64,000 nt of DNA. Source: Octopus vulgaris (taxonomy: Eukaryota). The notes below the pieces were generated by a model. That model was not told where the DNA came from and made no database searches. It was given only the letters and a program-made list of their open reading frames with translations. Below are positions 38,760-51,538 of this stretch, piece after piece (position 1 is the first letter of the stretch; each line of letters opens with the position of its first letter). The DNA lies in contig OX597839.1 in the NCBI GenBank assembly GCA_951406725.2, positions 28,892,001 to 28,956,000 on the forward strand, in the 5' to 3' direction. Made by a program: the position numbers and the translations under genes.

Positions 38760-40226
38760 TTCTGTGTGTATGTATGTATATAAAATTACATTTCAATTAC
38801 ATTTCGTACAACAAACAGAGGTTTTTCGTTCGCTCCACCCCAAGCAAGGAATAAATAAATAAAGAATTAAAAAAAAACCAAAACATATCAAAACAAAACT
38901 CATGTTGCAGCTTTTATAATTTCATTGTAAATAAGTCGCAGAAGAGAGGGCGTTGCCAAACATAGCGAAAGGTCATTTCCTGTTTCTGGGAGATCCAGTG
39001 GAACATGTACAACTGCTTAAGAAAGTGCACCTGCACATGCGTTTGCAAAACATCATAGATATCAGTTGTTGTTGTTGTGGTAGTGAATGCATGTGGCTTA
39101 GTGGTTAGGGTGTTTGGGTGAGCTGGCAGAATTGTTAGCACGCCGGGCAAAATGCTTAGCAGTATTTCGTCTGTCATGAGTTCAAATTCCACCGAGGTTG
39201 ACTTTGCCTTTCATCCTTTCGGGGTCGATAAATTAAGTACCAGTTTCGCACTGGGGTCGATGTAAATCGACTTAATACCTATGTCTGTCCTTGTTTGTCC
39301 CTTCTATGTTTAGCCCCTTGTGGGTAATAAAGAAATAGGTTAGGATGTTTGGGTGAGGATTGTAAGGTCGTGTGTTCCATTCCAGGCGGCACATTGCGCC
39401 GTTTATTTCTCTGTTGCTCCAGTCCACTCGGCTGGCACAAACGAGTTGTACTTGTGTGGGGACCTTGCTTTTAGCCCTACCTGAGATTCGAAACTGAATC
39501 TGTAAATTCTCCCTTGTCATACACAACCGATTGTTCTGTCAGGGATAAACGCTAATACATAAAGGAGTCCCAAATGAAGTGTGAACCACAACAACATTCG
39601 TATGAAGATGTTGTGAATTTTGAGCGAAGTGAGATGGCACAAAATAACTGGGAATTAGATCATCAATCCCTGAACATTATCACCCTGGGCCCTTGGGCTC
39701 ATAGAGCCAGTTATCCAGAAGAAAGGAATATGAAGGGGAATTTAAGATGAATTTACAAAGTACACATTATCAAACAATTACACATAACCACTCTCTCTTC
39801 CTCTCTCATTTTTCCCTATCTCTCTTGCACCCTCCCTCCCTGCCTATGTGTACCTCTCTTTCTCTCTCACTATCCCTCCTGATCTCTCTCACTATCTCTC
39901 CTGATCGCTCACTTCATCCCTTTCTCTCTCCCCTCCCCCCCTCTCTCTCTCTGATTCAAGGAATGAATGTACTTTAGACCTGAAAGAGTTCAGGTCAGAA
40001 GAAGGAGGAAATCAATGAGATGGAAGAGAATTCCAAAGTCTGGCAGTTCAAGGAAAAAAATGCTATGACTGTCAATTCTCCCTCAAATCATACTCTAGTC
40101 AGCAAACTAGCAGAGTTGACAGAGCATGAAACAAAATGCCTTGTGATGTTTGTCCCAGTTTTTACATTCTGAGTTCCAAATCCCACCATGGCCTACTTGG
40201 GTGATAGACTTAACTCGTTGCCTTAT

Positions 40227-40363
40227 TTAACCTTTAGCACTCTGTAGATGCATCATGTCACAGTATGTGTTTTCTCCCCTGTTGATGCCACACAATGTGC
40301 CTGCAGCCACCAGGGAGAAAACTCACACAACTCTATGATATGCCTAAGCATGCTAAAGGTTAA
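40227..40363. mobile_element. Short foldback piggyBac-like MITE
   Basis: TTAA-CCTTTAGCA...TGCTAAAGG-TTAA with internal complementarity GTTTTCTCCC/GGGAGAAAAC. Confidence 0.75.
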
Positions 40364-41179
40364 CATCACCACCTGGCCCCTTGGTACTTTTAGCTTACCC
40401 CATATATGGATTCTAATGGTGTAGGTACCCACTTGCCATTGGGCAAGCTAGCAATCTGGCCAGTCCACCACTGTGTGAGTATGTATGTATGCATGTCCTC
40501 TTTCTCTTTTTAAGAGTAAAGTTTGGCCTCCCACCTGCTTGGTAGCAATGTTGTGAAGGAAGGTATAGTCTTTTAATCATCATGCTTTCAATCAGGGATT
40601 TGCAACCATTTTTTTATTATCTATGGACCCCTTTGATTACTATTTTATTCTGGTGTACTCCCCATAGCCATTTGAAGTTTAAAAACTAGTTTTATAGAAA
40701 CCTCTTTCAAAAATTTCCTATTTTGTTCATCACACATTAACTTGCGTAGGTTGAAGTTATGTAAAATATTAGAAAAAGAAACCTAACTGTTTCTTGCAAT
40801 ATATACCAACACATACATCTAAAACAAAATTTCTTCAGATTCTCAATTTTTTTATCTATGGACTCCTTTGATTGCCATTTTATTTTGGTCGACCTCCATA
40901 GCCATTCGATGTTTAAAAACTAGTTTTATAGAAACTTCTTTCAAAATTCCTATTTTGCTATTTACACATTAACTTGTGTAGGTTGAACAATGTAAAATGG
41001 TAGAGAAAGAAACCTGTTTCTTGCCATACATCACCAATGCAGACATCCACAGCAAAATTCGTTCAGGGGTTCTTAAACTGCTATTGTGGACCCTCAGTTA
41101 TTTTGTTGTGTGGACCCGCAGAAATTTTATACGGGACCCTCAGGGGCCATATAGTTGCTAACCAGTGCTTTAAATCTTA

Positions 41180-41400
41180 AGAGGGTCTTGCAGATTTTTA
41201 TAGTCCCAGATATCGTGATCATTTGTAACATGAATTAAAGATTAGCATTGTCTCCCCAAGTCCAGCCATACTTTGCTCCAGATGGGTTTGTATATATCCT
41301 GTTGCTCCAGTAATAATGGGTATGAATCTGAAAGCATTTCTTGGGTACTGGATTTGCAAATTCCTTATCAATGATTTGTAGATGTTCTCTTCTTTTTCTA
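41180..41400 (-). mobile_element. RLE-type (R2/R4/NeSL-like) non-LTR retrotransposon C-terminal relic
   Basis: EKEENIYKSLIRNLQIQYP...IPIITGATG resembles the KxxKYxxL...PxxxGxxG restriction-like endonuclease tail. Confidence 0.65.
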
Positions 41401-42668
41401 GCATGTATGTATGTATGTACGTACGTATGTATGTATAGTCATAGCCTAAAGTTTGGAACATAGGTCTGAAAATTAGAATGTTTATCTTAAATGCCCAAAT
41501 ACATACGTTGTATGTGTTTGAATCGAATTGTACTTGGGCATAACAATTTTAATTTTCAAAGAACTGCTCCAAACTTTTGGCCACGACCATGTATGTGTGT
41601 ATGTCTGTATATATATATATATGTATGTATGTATTAAATACATACCCTGACCCTAGCCCTCATACATCTATTAAGTTTGATATATACGTGTGTGTGTGTG
41701 CATTCAGCCAGTCAGTTAACCAGACAGACAAGGAGAAAGGAGAGGAAGACAAAATGACAGACTCTAAAACAGTGAGGGGGGGAGGGGGCTTGCCAAAGCG
41801 AAGGAAGGAAGGTGTTGGCTGTTGATGGCGATGGCGACGACGACGATGACAAAGACGGCGTTGGCGGTGGTGAAAGCCACTTAGATAATCCCTCACCACC
41901 ATCTGGCCTCCCCCACCTCTACTCGTCATCGCCACCGCCATCATATGAATATAGGCAGTCTTTCGTTTGAAATATATATATGTTGTATGAAAGTTCTGTT
42001 AGCCTCGCCTGGTTTTCTGTTCAGGAATCTCTTTCGACGAAGTTAGGCTGTGATGTAGAAAGTTTTTGTCATGACATGAATATTTACTGAGTAAAGAAAA
42101 TACTTTAGCTGTAGTAATAGTAGTAGTAGTAGTAGTAATAGTAGTAGTAGTTGTTGTTGTTGTAACAGTAATAGTAGTAGCAACAGTGGTGGTGGTAGTT
42201 GTTAAGCCCAAAGTCAGTTTGTGTTCGAGCAAACCTATGGTCAAACGAAGCATACCAGCCATGACCATCCACTCTACTATCTTCTATCAGTACTAATGTA
42301 GGCAGCAATACATTCATCCAAATATCGCTTTTATTTCATTTTGGCTTTTAAAGGCGGCGGGGTGTGATTCGGATGGGGATTTCGCCGTTATTTCTAGCAG
42401 ATAAGGCATCCACGTAGAGGCAGGGATCTGGGAACTTTTAAAGCTAATTATATATTCATTTACGCCGACGTCAGCCCCTTGATTTGAAAGGAAGAAAATC
42501 GTAGATTCTTTGAATAAAAAAAAAAGTTTATTGATTCTATTTATATGGAGATTACGTTTGTAAATATAAAAAGTATAAAACAAATGCGATAAAATAAATT
42601 AATATCCTCATTATGAAAGAAAAAGATTTTTGTAGAAACTTTTTCACTTCAGGTTTTGGAGAATTAAT

Positions 42669-43120
42669 ATTGTGGTAGTCCTGTAAAGGACGATGTTATT
42701 GTTGTTTTAACCCCAGGAAAACATCTTTTCCAGTTCTTTATCGACACAGTTTGTGCCCGTATAGCATTTGGAAGAGAGGTCATCGCTCCCATCTCTAGCC
42801 TTACTTGGTTTCTGGATGTTACCCGTCGTCAGTGTGAGACAACCACAAGCTAGTAACGAAAGCTCTCTCCACTGGCAAATGCTATATATATTTTAAGTGA
42901 CTCACACATCACTGAACTTGTATAGAGACAAAAACAACTTGTTTTAAATCTCTGAGCCAGAGATATACAGTAGAAGTACCGGATAGTAAGGTTTATATGC
43001 CAACAAAATGTGGCAGTCCTATATAGGACGATGTTACTGTCGTTTTAGCCCCAGGAAAACATCTTTTCCAGCTCGCTGTCGACACACAGTTTGTGTCCGT
43101 ATAGAATTTGCAAGGGAGGA
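42669..43120 (-). mobile_element. Family E partial tandem with hammerhead core
   Basis: Direct repeat 42669-42780 / 43008-43120; minus strand CTGACGA-C-GGGT-AAC-ATCC-A-GAAA-C-CAA-G-TA. Confidence 0.6.
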
Positions 43121-43669
43121 CTTAATATTCCTTTAAAAATTCCGACTGGATGTGAATATAATTATATAAGAACAAAACATTATAAAGAATGAAAGGCAAG
43201 GTCCACCTTCGGCAGAATTTGAACTCAGAACGTAAGGGCTTGTAATTTCAGTGATTCCCCGGAAAGGAAAGGCAGAGATTTGAACTGAGGACATAAAATT
43301 CCGACGCTAGTTCATTGAAACTGAACTTCACCACCACTACTACAGATTGGCCAAGTCTCACGTTTTTGGCTCACAATCTTTCGCTCTCACGTTTTCACAA
43401 GCAATTTCTCACGCGTTCTCTCCCAAGAGAAAGTCCAAAAATGTTTCAGAACGTCTGAAGGCTTATCACAGTCACGAGGTGCGTTTTAAAAAGGTTAATC
43501 GCAGATCACTCTGCACGTGGAAGCGGTGGCGGCGTCTACAGTTCGCATCATCGTACAGTTGGGAAATTTTTATTACGTGCACGGCCCGCGATCGCGGTGG
43601 AGGGAGATTATGCGCTGGCAAGGAGTCTTAGGCCTCGAGCCTACTCTTTCGCGGTATAGAGGACAGAAA

Positions 43670-43905
43670 GGCGGCGAGCTGGCAGAAACGTTAGCAAGCC
43701 GGGCGAATTACTTAGCAGTTGTTCGTCTGTCTTTACGTTCTGAGTTCAAATTCCGCCGAGGTCGATTTTGCCGTTCATCCTTTCGGGGTCGATTAAATAA
43801 GTACCAGTTGCGCACTGGGGTCGATATAATCGACTTAATCGGTTTCTCTATCCTTGTTTGTCCCCTCTGTGTTTAGCCCCTTATAGGGTAGTAAAAGAAA
43901 TAGGT
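43670..43905 (+). mobile_element. Full-length SINE-B with CpGs intact
   Basis: GGCGGCGAGCTGGCAGAA...GAGTTCAAATTCC...TCATCCTTTCGGGGTCGA...AAAGAAATAGGT; another copy at 39118-39340. Confidence 0.9.
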
Positions 43906-46557
43906 ATAGGGGATAGAAATTGCGAGAATTTCATTTCATTGTTTATTGTTCTACAGTGTCAACTGCCTTTGCATCCCAACTGCGCTTACACTAAAACCAA
44001 TTCTGCTCGGGGAATTCGAGGGTGTTTCAACTACCTTTTCTAGCTTCAGATTCGAATTCTCACGACTTTTGTCAAATCAGCCACTATGAACACACGACCA
44101 CCAACACCTGAGAAGTTGCTTAAGAATCCAGGGGGAGGGTTTTTTTACAGGACATGCTTTGAGGATGATGTGGCTGCTATTTCTAACAGATGGGCACTAC
44201 CAAATTCAGGCTCCCCTCTTTGGTTGATGAAGCGATTTATTTTTACTGCTTATTTAGCCCCAGGCAAGCCGCCATCGCGTAGACATGATCAAAGACGTTC
44301 CAGCCGTGACCATCGTCTTTTCCTAATATATACGATAACGTCTGTGTAATATTTTGTTGTTGTTTATCTTGAAGACAGTAGAATGTGGCTGGGAGGGATT
44401 TGGCTGCTATTGTTTTTAGCATATGGCGATTCCTATGTATAGACTTCGTTCGCCGGCTCCAATTATTTATTAAGCCCTGAGTTAGCTACGACAGAGCAAA
44501 CCCATCAGAGGTAAATCTGCTGGGGTCATAGTACTTTGGTCTATATTAACTAACGTGTCCTTGTCCTTAATTGAGGGAGACATAACTGCTATTTTTAGTG
44601 GCCAAGAAGGGGTCTTCCTTGTCAGCTTCCTGTACAATTCCGCATAAGTCACTTCCGGTTTTGCTCAGCAGTTAATGGCAGAATTTTGAAAAGAAATAAA
44701 AAAAAGAAGAATGAGTGATGCGAAGATGATGAGAGAATAGGAAAGTTCTAGAAGTCGGAAGGAGAGGAAACGGAAAGTGGTACAGATTGTAAAGGAGGAA
44801 TAGAGAGGGAGAAAGACTAAGGGAGAGGTACAGAGAGAAAGAGAGAGAAAAGAACGTGTTAGAGATTATGAGAGAGAAAGAGAATGGTAGGAGGAAGGGG
44901 AGGAATTAATTTATAGAGAGAGAATGAATGGTGAGAAGAGGAGAAAGTCTATGATAAATAAAGAGAGGTACAGAGGGATGAGAAGAAAGTGTAAGAGATG
45001 AGAGAGAAAGAAAGAGGGAGCGAAGAAATTACTGGAAGCTCCTCTACAAAAATATTAGAAAAGGGCGAAAAAGACAAAAGAACAAAGTGAGAGAAGGAGG
45101 AAATGAATGAGGAAAAAAAGGATGTAAATAGGAAATGAAAGTTCGAGGAAAGAGCAGAGATGTGAGATTTGCCAGAAAGATAAAGAGAGGAGGAAGAGGA
45201 AATAAGGCGTGAGAGAGGAGGACAAGTGGGGAAGGAGAAAGAGTGTAAGGAAAGAGAGAGGGAGAGGAGAGATAGTGTAATAAGGAGAGAAGGGGAGAGG
45301 GAGGAAGAGAACACAATGGAAGGAAGGGGAGAAGAAAATGTGTGAAAAGAGTAAGAGAGGGTGGAGAAGTGGGAAAGACAGAGAGAGAGAGAGAGAGAGA
45401 GCAGGGTAGAGAAGACAGAACGGAATGAAGAAAAAGATGAGAAAGCGAGGGAGGAGAGATTAAGGAAGGAATAAGATAAACGTGAGGGAGGAGAGGATAA
45501 GGATAAGAGGGAGGAGAGTGAGGGAGGAGAAAGCGATAGAAACAAGAGTGAGGGAACGGAGTAGGAGGAGGTGTGCTAAGCGAAATGCTGTGGAGGAGGA
45601 GGAGGCGTTGAGTGTATCTCGATGGAAGACGCGCAGACGTTTAATGACTGACTCATCTATCTATCTATCTATCACATAAAATACAGCATCCATACTTCTG
45701 TTCGTATAGCTTCCTGCTCCGCTCTTAGCAGACCAATGAGCCATTCGCATCCATACCTTTGTTTCTAATAGATCCAGGGGAGAGGCACTGATACAGCATG
45801 CTAGAAATAGCAACTAGGTTCCCTCAAATAATGGCTAGGCCTTTTATCTTGTCCCATGCTGGGACAAATCGACCCCCAGTACTTTTTCAAAAGCCTGGAA
45901 TATATACTATATCGGCATCTTTTTGTCTGAATCGCTAAGTTACGGGTAACATAAACAAACCAAAGTCGGTTGTCAAGCATCGGTGGGAGACAAAACTTCA
46001 CACACACACGATGGGCTGCTTTCTGGTTTTGTCAATCAAATCTACTCACAACGTTTTAGTTGGCTCAGAGCTATAAATTAAAGACTCTTGCCCAAGGTGT
46101 CACGCAGTGGGACTGAACCCGAAACCACGTCATTGGGAAACAAACGCCAAACGTTTTACACCAGACAGCCACGCTTTCAGTGCTTCCTCAGCTGTTCGAA
46201 TTGGTCACACATTTATAGAGATTTTGCGACACATTGAGATTTATTAGTAATCAAATGTTATATCGGGTGTTATTAGTCACATCTCAGATGTCTTTCACGA
46301 GTAGTTTTGAAAATTAATCACATTCGAAGTAGGATGTAAGAACGACCTCGAGTACAAACGGAAGGGACTGACCACATAAAATCGACAGGCTAGAATTTAA
46401 ACCATGGTGTTTTGTCGTTTATAAAATTTACTATAAATCGAAAATTAAGACGGTTTAATTAGTCCAAGTAACCACAGGTTTTCTCATTGGTTCCTAAAGT
46501 TGTATATACTCTATACGCGTGCAAGTGGCACTGCCAAATGTCTACATTCTAAGATGG

Positions 46558-46968
46558 GCATACCTATTTCTTTACTACCCTCAAGGGGCTAAACACAGAG
46601 AGGACAAACAAGGACAGACAAACGGATTAAGTCGATTATATCGACCCCAGTGCATAACTGGTACTTATTTAATCGACCCCGAAAGGATGAAAGGCAAAGT
46701 CGACCTCGGCGGAATTTGAACTCAGAACGTAGCGGCAGACGAAATACTTATTTCTTTACTACCCACAAGGGGCTAAACACAGAGAGGACAAACAAACGGA
46801 TTAAGTCGATTATATCGACCCAGTGCGTAACTGGTACTTATTTAATCGACCCCGAAAGGATGAAAGGCAAAGTCGATCTCGGCGGAATTTGAACTCAGAA
46901 CGTAGCGGCAGACGAAATACTGTTAAGCATTTTACCCGGCGTGCTAACCATTCTGCCAGTTCGCCGCC
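46558..46968 (-). mobile_element. SINE-B partial tandem dimer
   Basis: Two head-to-tail copies, the second lacking its head; similar dimer at 54600-55002, single copies at 8245-8435, 48270-48450, 50160-50372. Confidence 0.9.
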
Positions 46969-47451
46969 CTAAGATGGCCATACCGACTCACTTGTGTTCC
47001 CTACCAAATTTATTTCCATATAACTTTCAGAAAAATTGATATTTTTTAACGAAATTTTCTGCAAATACTTTTCAGGTGGTGTAGAATAATATAGGAAAAT
47101 AAAATGGAAAAAAGCGCGTGGGTGTGCTTTTTTGCTGGCACACCTTCCTCGGCATAAGAAACAGCTCAATGCCCTAACATCTCACTCCTTAGTTAAAAGT
47201 GCTTTGAGTCATTCGACTATGAAATTCTGTCGCTACGCTATCCAACCAATTAACCACCCATGATCGGTTATAATCATCTGAGAACAACAGAGACAGACAG
47301 GCAGGGGGATAGTGGGGGTGACGATAGCTGTCAAGTATTTATCGTTATGTTGATCAGCCGGGTGTCTTGCTACCTGAAAGGTTCTGTCACTTCACACCTC
47401 TGCAATCAATTAGCATTAATAATTTGGGTACACACACACACATATGTCCAC

Positions 47452-47489
<38 letters not shown>

Positions 47490-47494
47490 ATATA

Positions 47495-47535
<41 letters not shown>

Positions 47536-47536
<1 letters not shown>

Positions 47537-47745
47537 ACGGGAAGCTTTATGAAAATAAACAAAAGACGAAGGCAGGTGGAAAACAAACGAACAATTGTAT
47601 TAGTATGGCGCTCAGGAAATATAAATAAAACAAGTCTTTAACGTTTCGAGCCTACGCTCTTCAACAGAAAGATACACAGAGAGAGAAAAACACAGAAAGA
47701 AGGAGAGAAAAAAAATGCGTGCAGTAGCTAACGAATCAACATGTA
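47536..47745 (-). mobile_element. Family H1 element
   Basis: Minus strand TCTTT-CTGTTGA-A-GAGC-GTAG-GCTC-GAAA-C-GTT-AAAGA at 47635-47672. Confidence 0.7.
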
Positions 47746-47851
47746 TCTTTGTGTGTTCTTAAATGGTATACAAACATCTTCCACGCTGTAATTGTTTTTG
47801 TTTCAGCACATGATCTCAGATCAAGTCACTTGCTATGCAAGTACACCTCCG

Positions 47852-47947
<96 letters not shown>

Positions 47948-48877
47948 TATATACACATGTGTATATATATATATATATACATACACATATATGTGTGTAT
48001 ACACACAAACGCACACACACATATATATATAATGTACACACACTACGGGTTTATTTCAGTTTCTGTCTATTAAATCCACTCTCAGAGATTTGGTGGGTCC
48101 GAGGCTATAGTAGGAGCCACAGCTCAATGTGTCACGCAGTGGAACTGAACCCGAAACTATGTGGTTGGCAAAGAGCCGAAAATTTCGTGATTAAGTATCA
48201 ACGTACGGAACTGTCGATCTTTTTTTTAATTACTCTGTAACCTTAGGCAATTATCAATAATTATTTCTTGTGTACGGGGTTAGTTGATTATATCAACCCC
48301 TAGCGTCTGACTAGTAATTTTATTTCATTGACCCCCGAAAGGATAAAAGGTCAAGTCGATCTCGGCGAAATTTGAAATCGGAACGTCGAAAGACGAAGTG
48401 CCGCTAAGCATTTTGGCTGACGTGCTGACGATTTCGTCAGCTTGCCGCCTTGCAGACAATTATTGTGTTGAGTTCGCATCACCAAACCTACGCGCAAAAA
48501 CACATACATATATATTTAGCAGAAGAGTGACTCAAGGGACAAGTGTTTCGCGTGTCAGCACTTACAAAACTTTTGCTAAGTGCCAACGCACAAAACTCTC
48601 TGACGCTTCATCTGCTAAATATTAATATAAATACATACTCATATTTCGAGTTCTATTTTTCCAGTTTGCATCGCCATATTCTAGAGAGGCCCGAAGCCAA
48701 CAGGTTTTGGGATCTTATGATACATTGTAAAGCTGGGCGTTTTATGGACGTGAAACCCAGGGTAATCCCATAAACTGGCCCTAAAAAAACTTAAACTTAT
48801 ATATATATATTAAAGTACAAGTGAGGATATATAAACCTCAGAAGGATAGAAATACACTAGATTATAGACTGGTTGAG

Positions 48878-48949
<72 letters not shown>

Positions 48950-49779
48950 AACATTTGTGAGTTGTTCATTGTATATAGTTCAGCTTGGCACTGTATTGAT
49001 TGTGGAGTTTTATGTTTCAACATACCGCTGCAGTTATGTACTATTAAATCATTTTGAAGAGCAATTAACAGCTTATTAAGATAGAGTGAAAGGTTGAGTA
49101 TAAGTTAGAGATGACAGAAGCAAGCGAGTATTAGAGGGGGAACGAAAGTACACAACGTCGAATAGGGAGGAGGGCAATGTTTTTTTTTTTCTTCATATTT
49201 TTTGAATGACTATCGTTTTAGTTCATGATTGATGGCCGTTTCGCTTTGTTTATTGAAGATCAAGGCATGAGCACCTCACGATGTCGTTCGCTTTTAATTA
49301 AAATTTCTTTTCAAGAAAACAATGTACTTTAAAGTTGTTCTCATTTGTAAAAATAGAAAAATCCATTGCTTTTCGGTAAAGAGCATGTTTAGTTGAAAGT
49401 TTATCAAGTTTGAAGGACGATCTTTCGTTATATGAACATATAATGGTAAACAATAACGTGGAAGGAAAGCAACATAGTTGCTGAACTACGCTACAGATGG
49501 GGTTTTGAGAATAGCTATCTTTCGAAGTTCTATACCTCACGGGAAATCGAAAAATGTATTGAAATATCTATCCGGGGGAGGAAATGTAAAATAAATGGAC
49601 ATATTTGGAGACATTTCTTCCCGGAATCATAATTTCTGGTTGAAATATAGGGAGACAAAAATGAAGGGAAAAATTTTAAAATCTTTTTCTTTCCGACCCT
49701 TAACATGATAAATTTTGTTCAAATCTCTAGTCTCTATGTTTGTGACAATAACGCCAGATAAACTCTTGTGAGTTGAAAA

Positions 49780-50058
49780 GAGATTTTCTGACGTTCCACG
49801 AAGGCGCCATATTTGTTTTTGGATCTAACTTCTTGTCCCTTTCATTGAGTTCGTATGCGACGTTGCATCGTTCGAGATCTACGAAATGGAGACTGTTAGT
49901 TCACTGTGTAACACAATTTGGCTCTTTCTTTTCCATTATGTTGGCTGCCATTATGTGTACATAATATGAAAGTCTGCTATACGAAATATAGTTACAAAAA
50001 AACTACAAGACATTATTATGCTGAATTGAATCAAATATAAACCAAGGAACAGACTCAG
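49780..50058 (+). promoter_or_regulatory. Promoter-like region and candidate first exon
   Basis: YY1-type CGCCATATTT at 49805, local CpGs, donor CAG|GTAGGT after 50058, matching acceptor CTGATATTTTCTGCAG| at 50883. Confidence 0.45.
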
Positions 50059-51124
50059 GTAGGTAACTCATCCATCATTGAGTGTAACAAACTAGTCGGT
50101 GAATATGGTGGTAATTGTTTTAAATATATACAACTATGGAAGTATCTAATATAATATCCTTTCTGCTAACGGGCGCAAGTCCTGAAATTTTAGTGGATAG
50201 AGGTTAGTGGATTACATCGACTCCAGTGCTCAACTGGTACTTAATTCATCGACCTCGAAAGGATGAAAGGCAAAGTTAACCTCGGCGGAATTTGAATTCA
50301 GAACGTAAAGTCGGACGAAACACTTTTAAGCATTTTGCCTGGTACGCTGACGATTCTGTCAGCCCGCCGCCTTAGCACGTTAATATGTCATTTCACCCAT
50401 TGACTGCGAAATTAAATTTCATAGTTATTCCAGAAATGGTGCTAAATATCTCTTTACTCTTTTTACTCTTTTACTTGTTTCAGTCATTTGACTGCGGCCA
50501 TGCTGGAGCACCGCCTTTAGTCGAGCAAATCGACCCCAGGACTTATTCTTTGTAAGTCTAGTACTTATTCTATCGGTCTCTCTTGCCGAACCGCTAAGTT
50601 ATGGGGAAGTAAACACACCAGCATCGGTTGTCAAGCGATGTTGGGGTGGGGGACAAACACAGACACACAAACACATACATATATACATATATACGACGGG
50701 CTTCATTCAGTTTCCGTCTACCAAATCCACTCACAAGGCTTTGGTCGGCCCGAGTCTATTGTAGAAGAGACTTGCCCAAGGTGCCACGTAGTGGGACTGA
50801 ACCCAGAACCATGTGGTTGGTAAGCAAGCTACTTACCATGCAGCCACTCCTCTACAAATAAATAGAACTGATATTTTCTGCAGGTCACGTTGCCTTGATA
50901 AACTTGACATATCTCGACAGAAAAATGTTTCAAACATTATATTCCTCAACAAAAGAACATTTGGGAAATAAATCTGCTTTCGGTTAGAGATAATGAAATT
51001 TGGAGTGGATATATCTGGTTTCCATAGTAAAAGGGTTAACAATAAACGTGCGGGGTAGAAAAATGGAAGTAGTGTGTGTTTTTGCAACTTTGAGACTAGA
51101 AAGAAGATAAAAAGTATGGTTACG

Positions 51125-51538
51125 GGATCTTTTCGGTTTGACCGGCAATTTTTTAAAAATAATTTCCACGTAACTAAACACTTTTAAACTTCGTATACTG
51201 GTAGAATGTGTTTATAAAACATCTTTTTCTCTTGGCTTTATTGAGAAAACTCTATAGTTTGTAAGATATTTGTTGTTTGTTTTTCTTCAATTTCTGCAAT
51301 TTCAACCAATCAATGACGTCTGTTGAGGTGAAAACATTCTGTGCCGTATGAATATGTTCCTCATTTAAGAAACAGATTGGGTTTATTTACATTTCTGAAG
51401 AAGAAAAAGATACCCTTCCCCCCACCCCTAACCCTAAAACAGATTGAAATGCAATAGATCGATACTAGGGTCGTAATTATGGGTGACAATTTCATTTGAG
51501 ACCGCTAGAAAAAACTGTCGTTCAAACCGAAAAGATCC
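51125..51538. mobile_element. MITE with ~29-bp TIRs and 8-bp TSD (Merlin-like termini)
   Basis: GGATCTTTTCGGTTTGACCGGCAATTTTT...AAAAACTGTCGTTCAAACCGAAAAGATCC; TSD TGGTTACG / TGGTTATG. Confidence 0.88.

Noticed and set aside
51420-51440. CTAACCCTAA as a telomerase RNA template
   Set aside because: It sits inside a TIR/TSD-bounded MITE.
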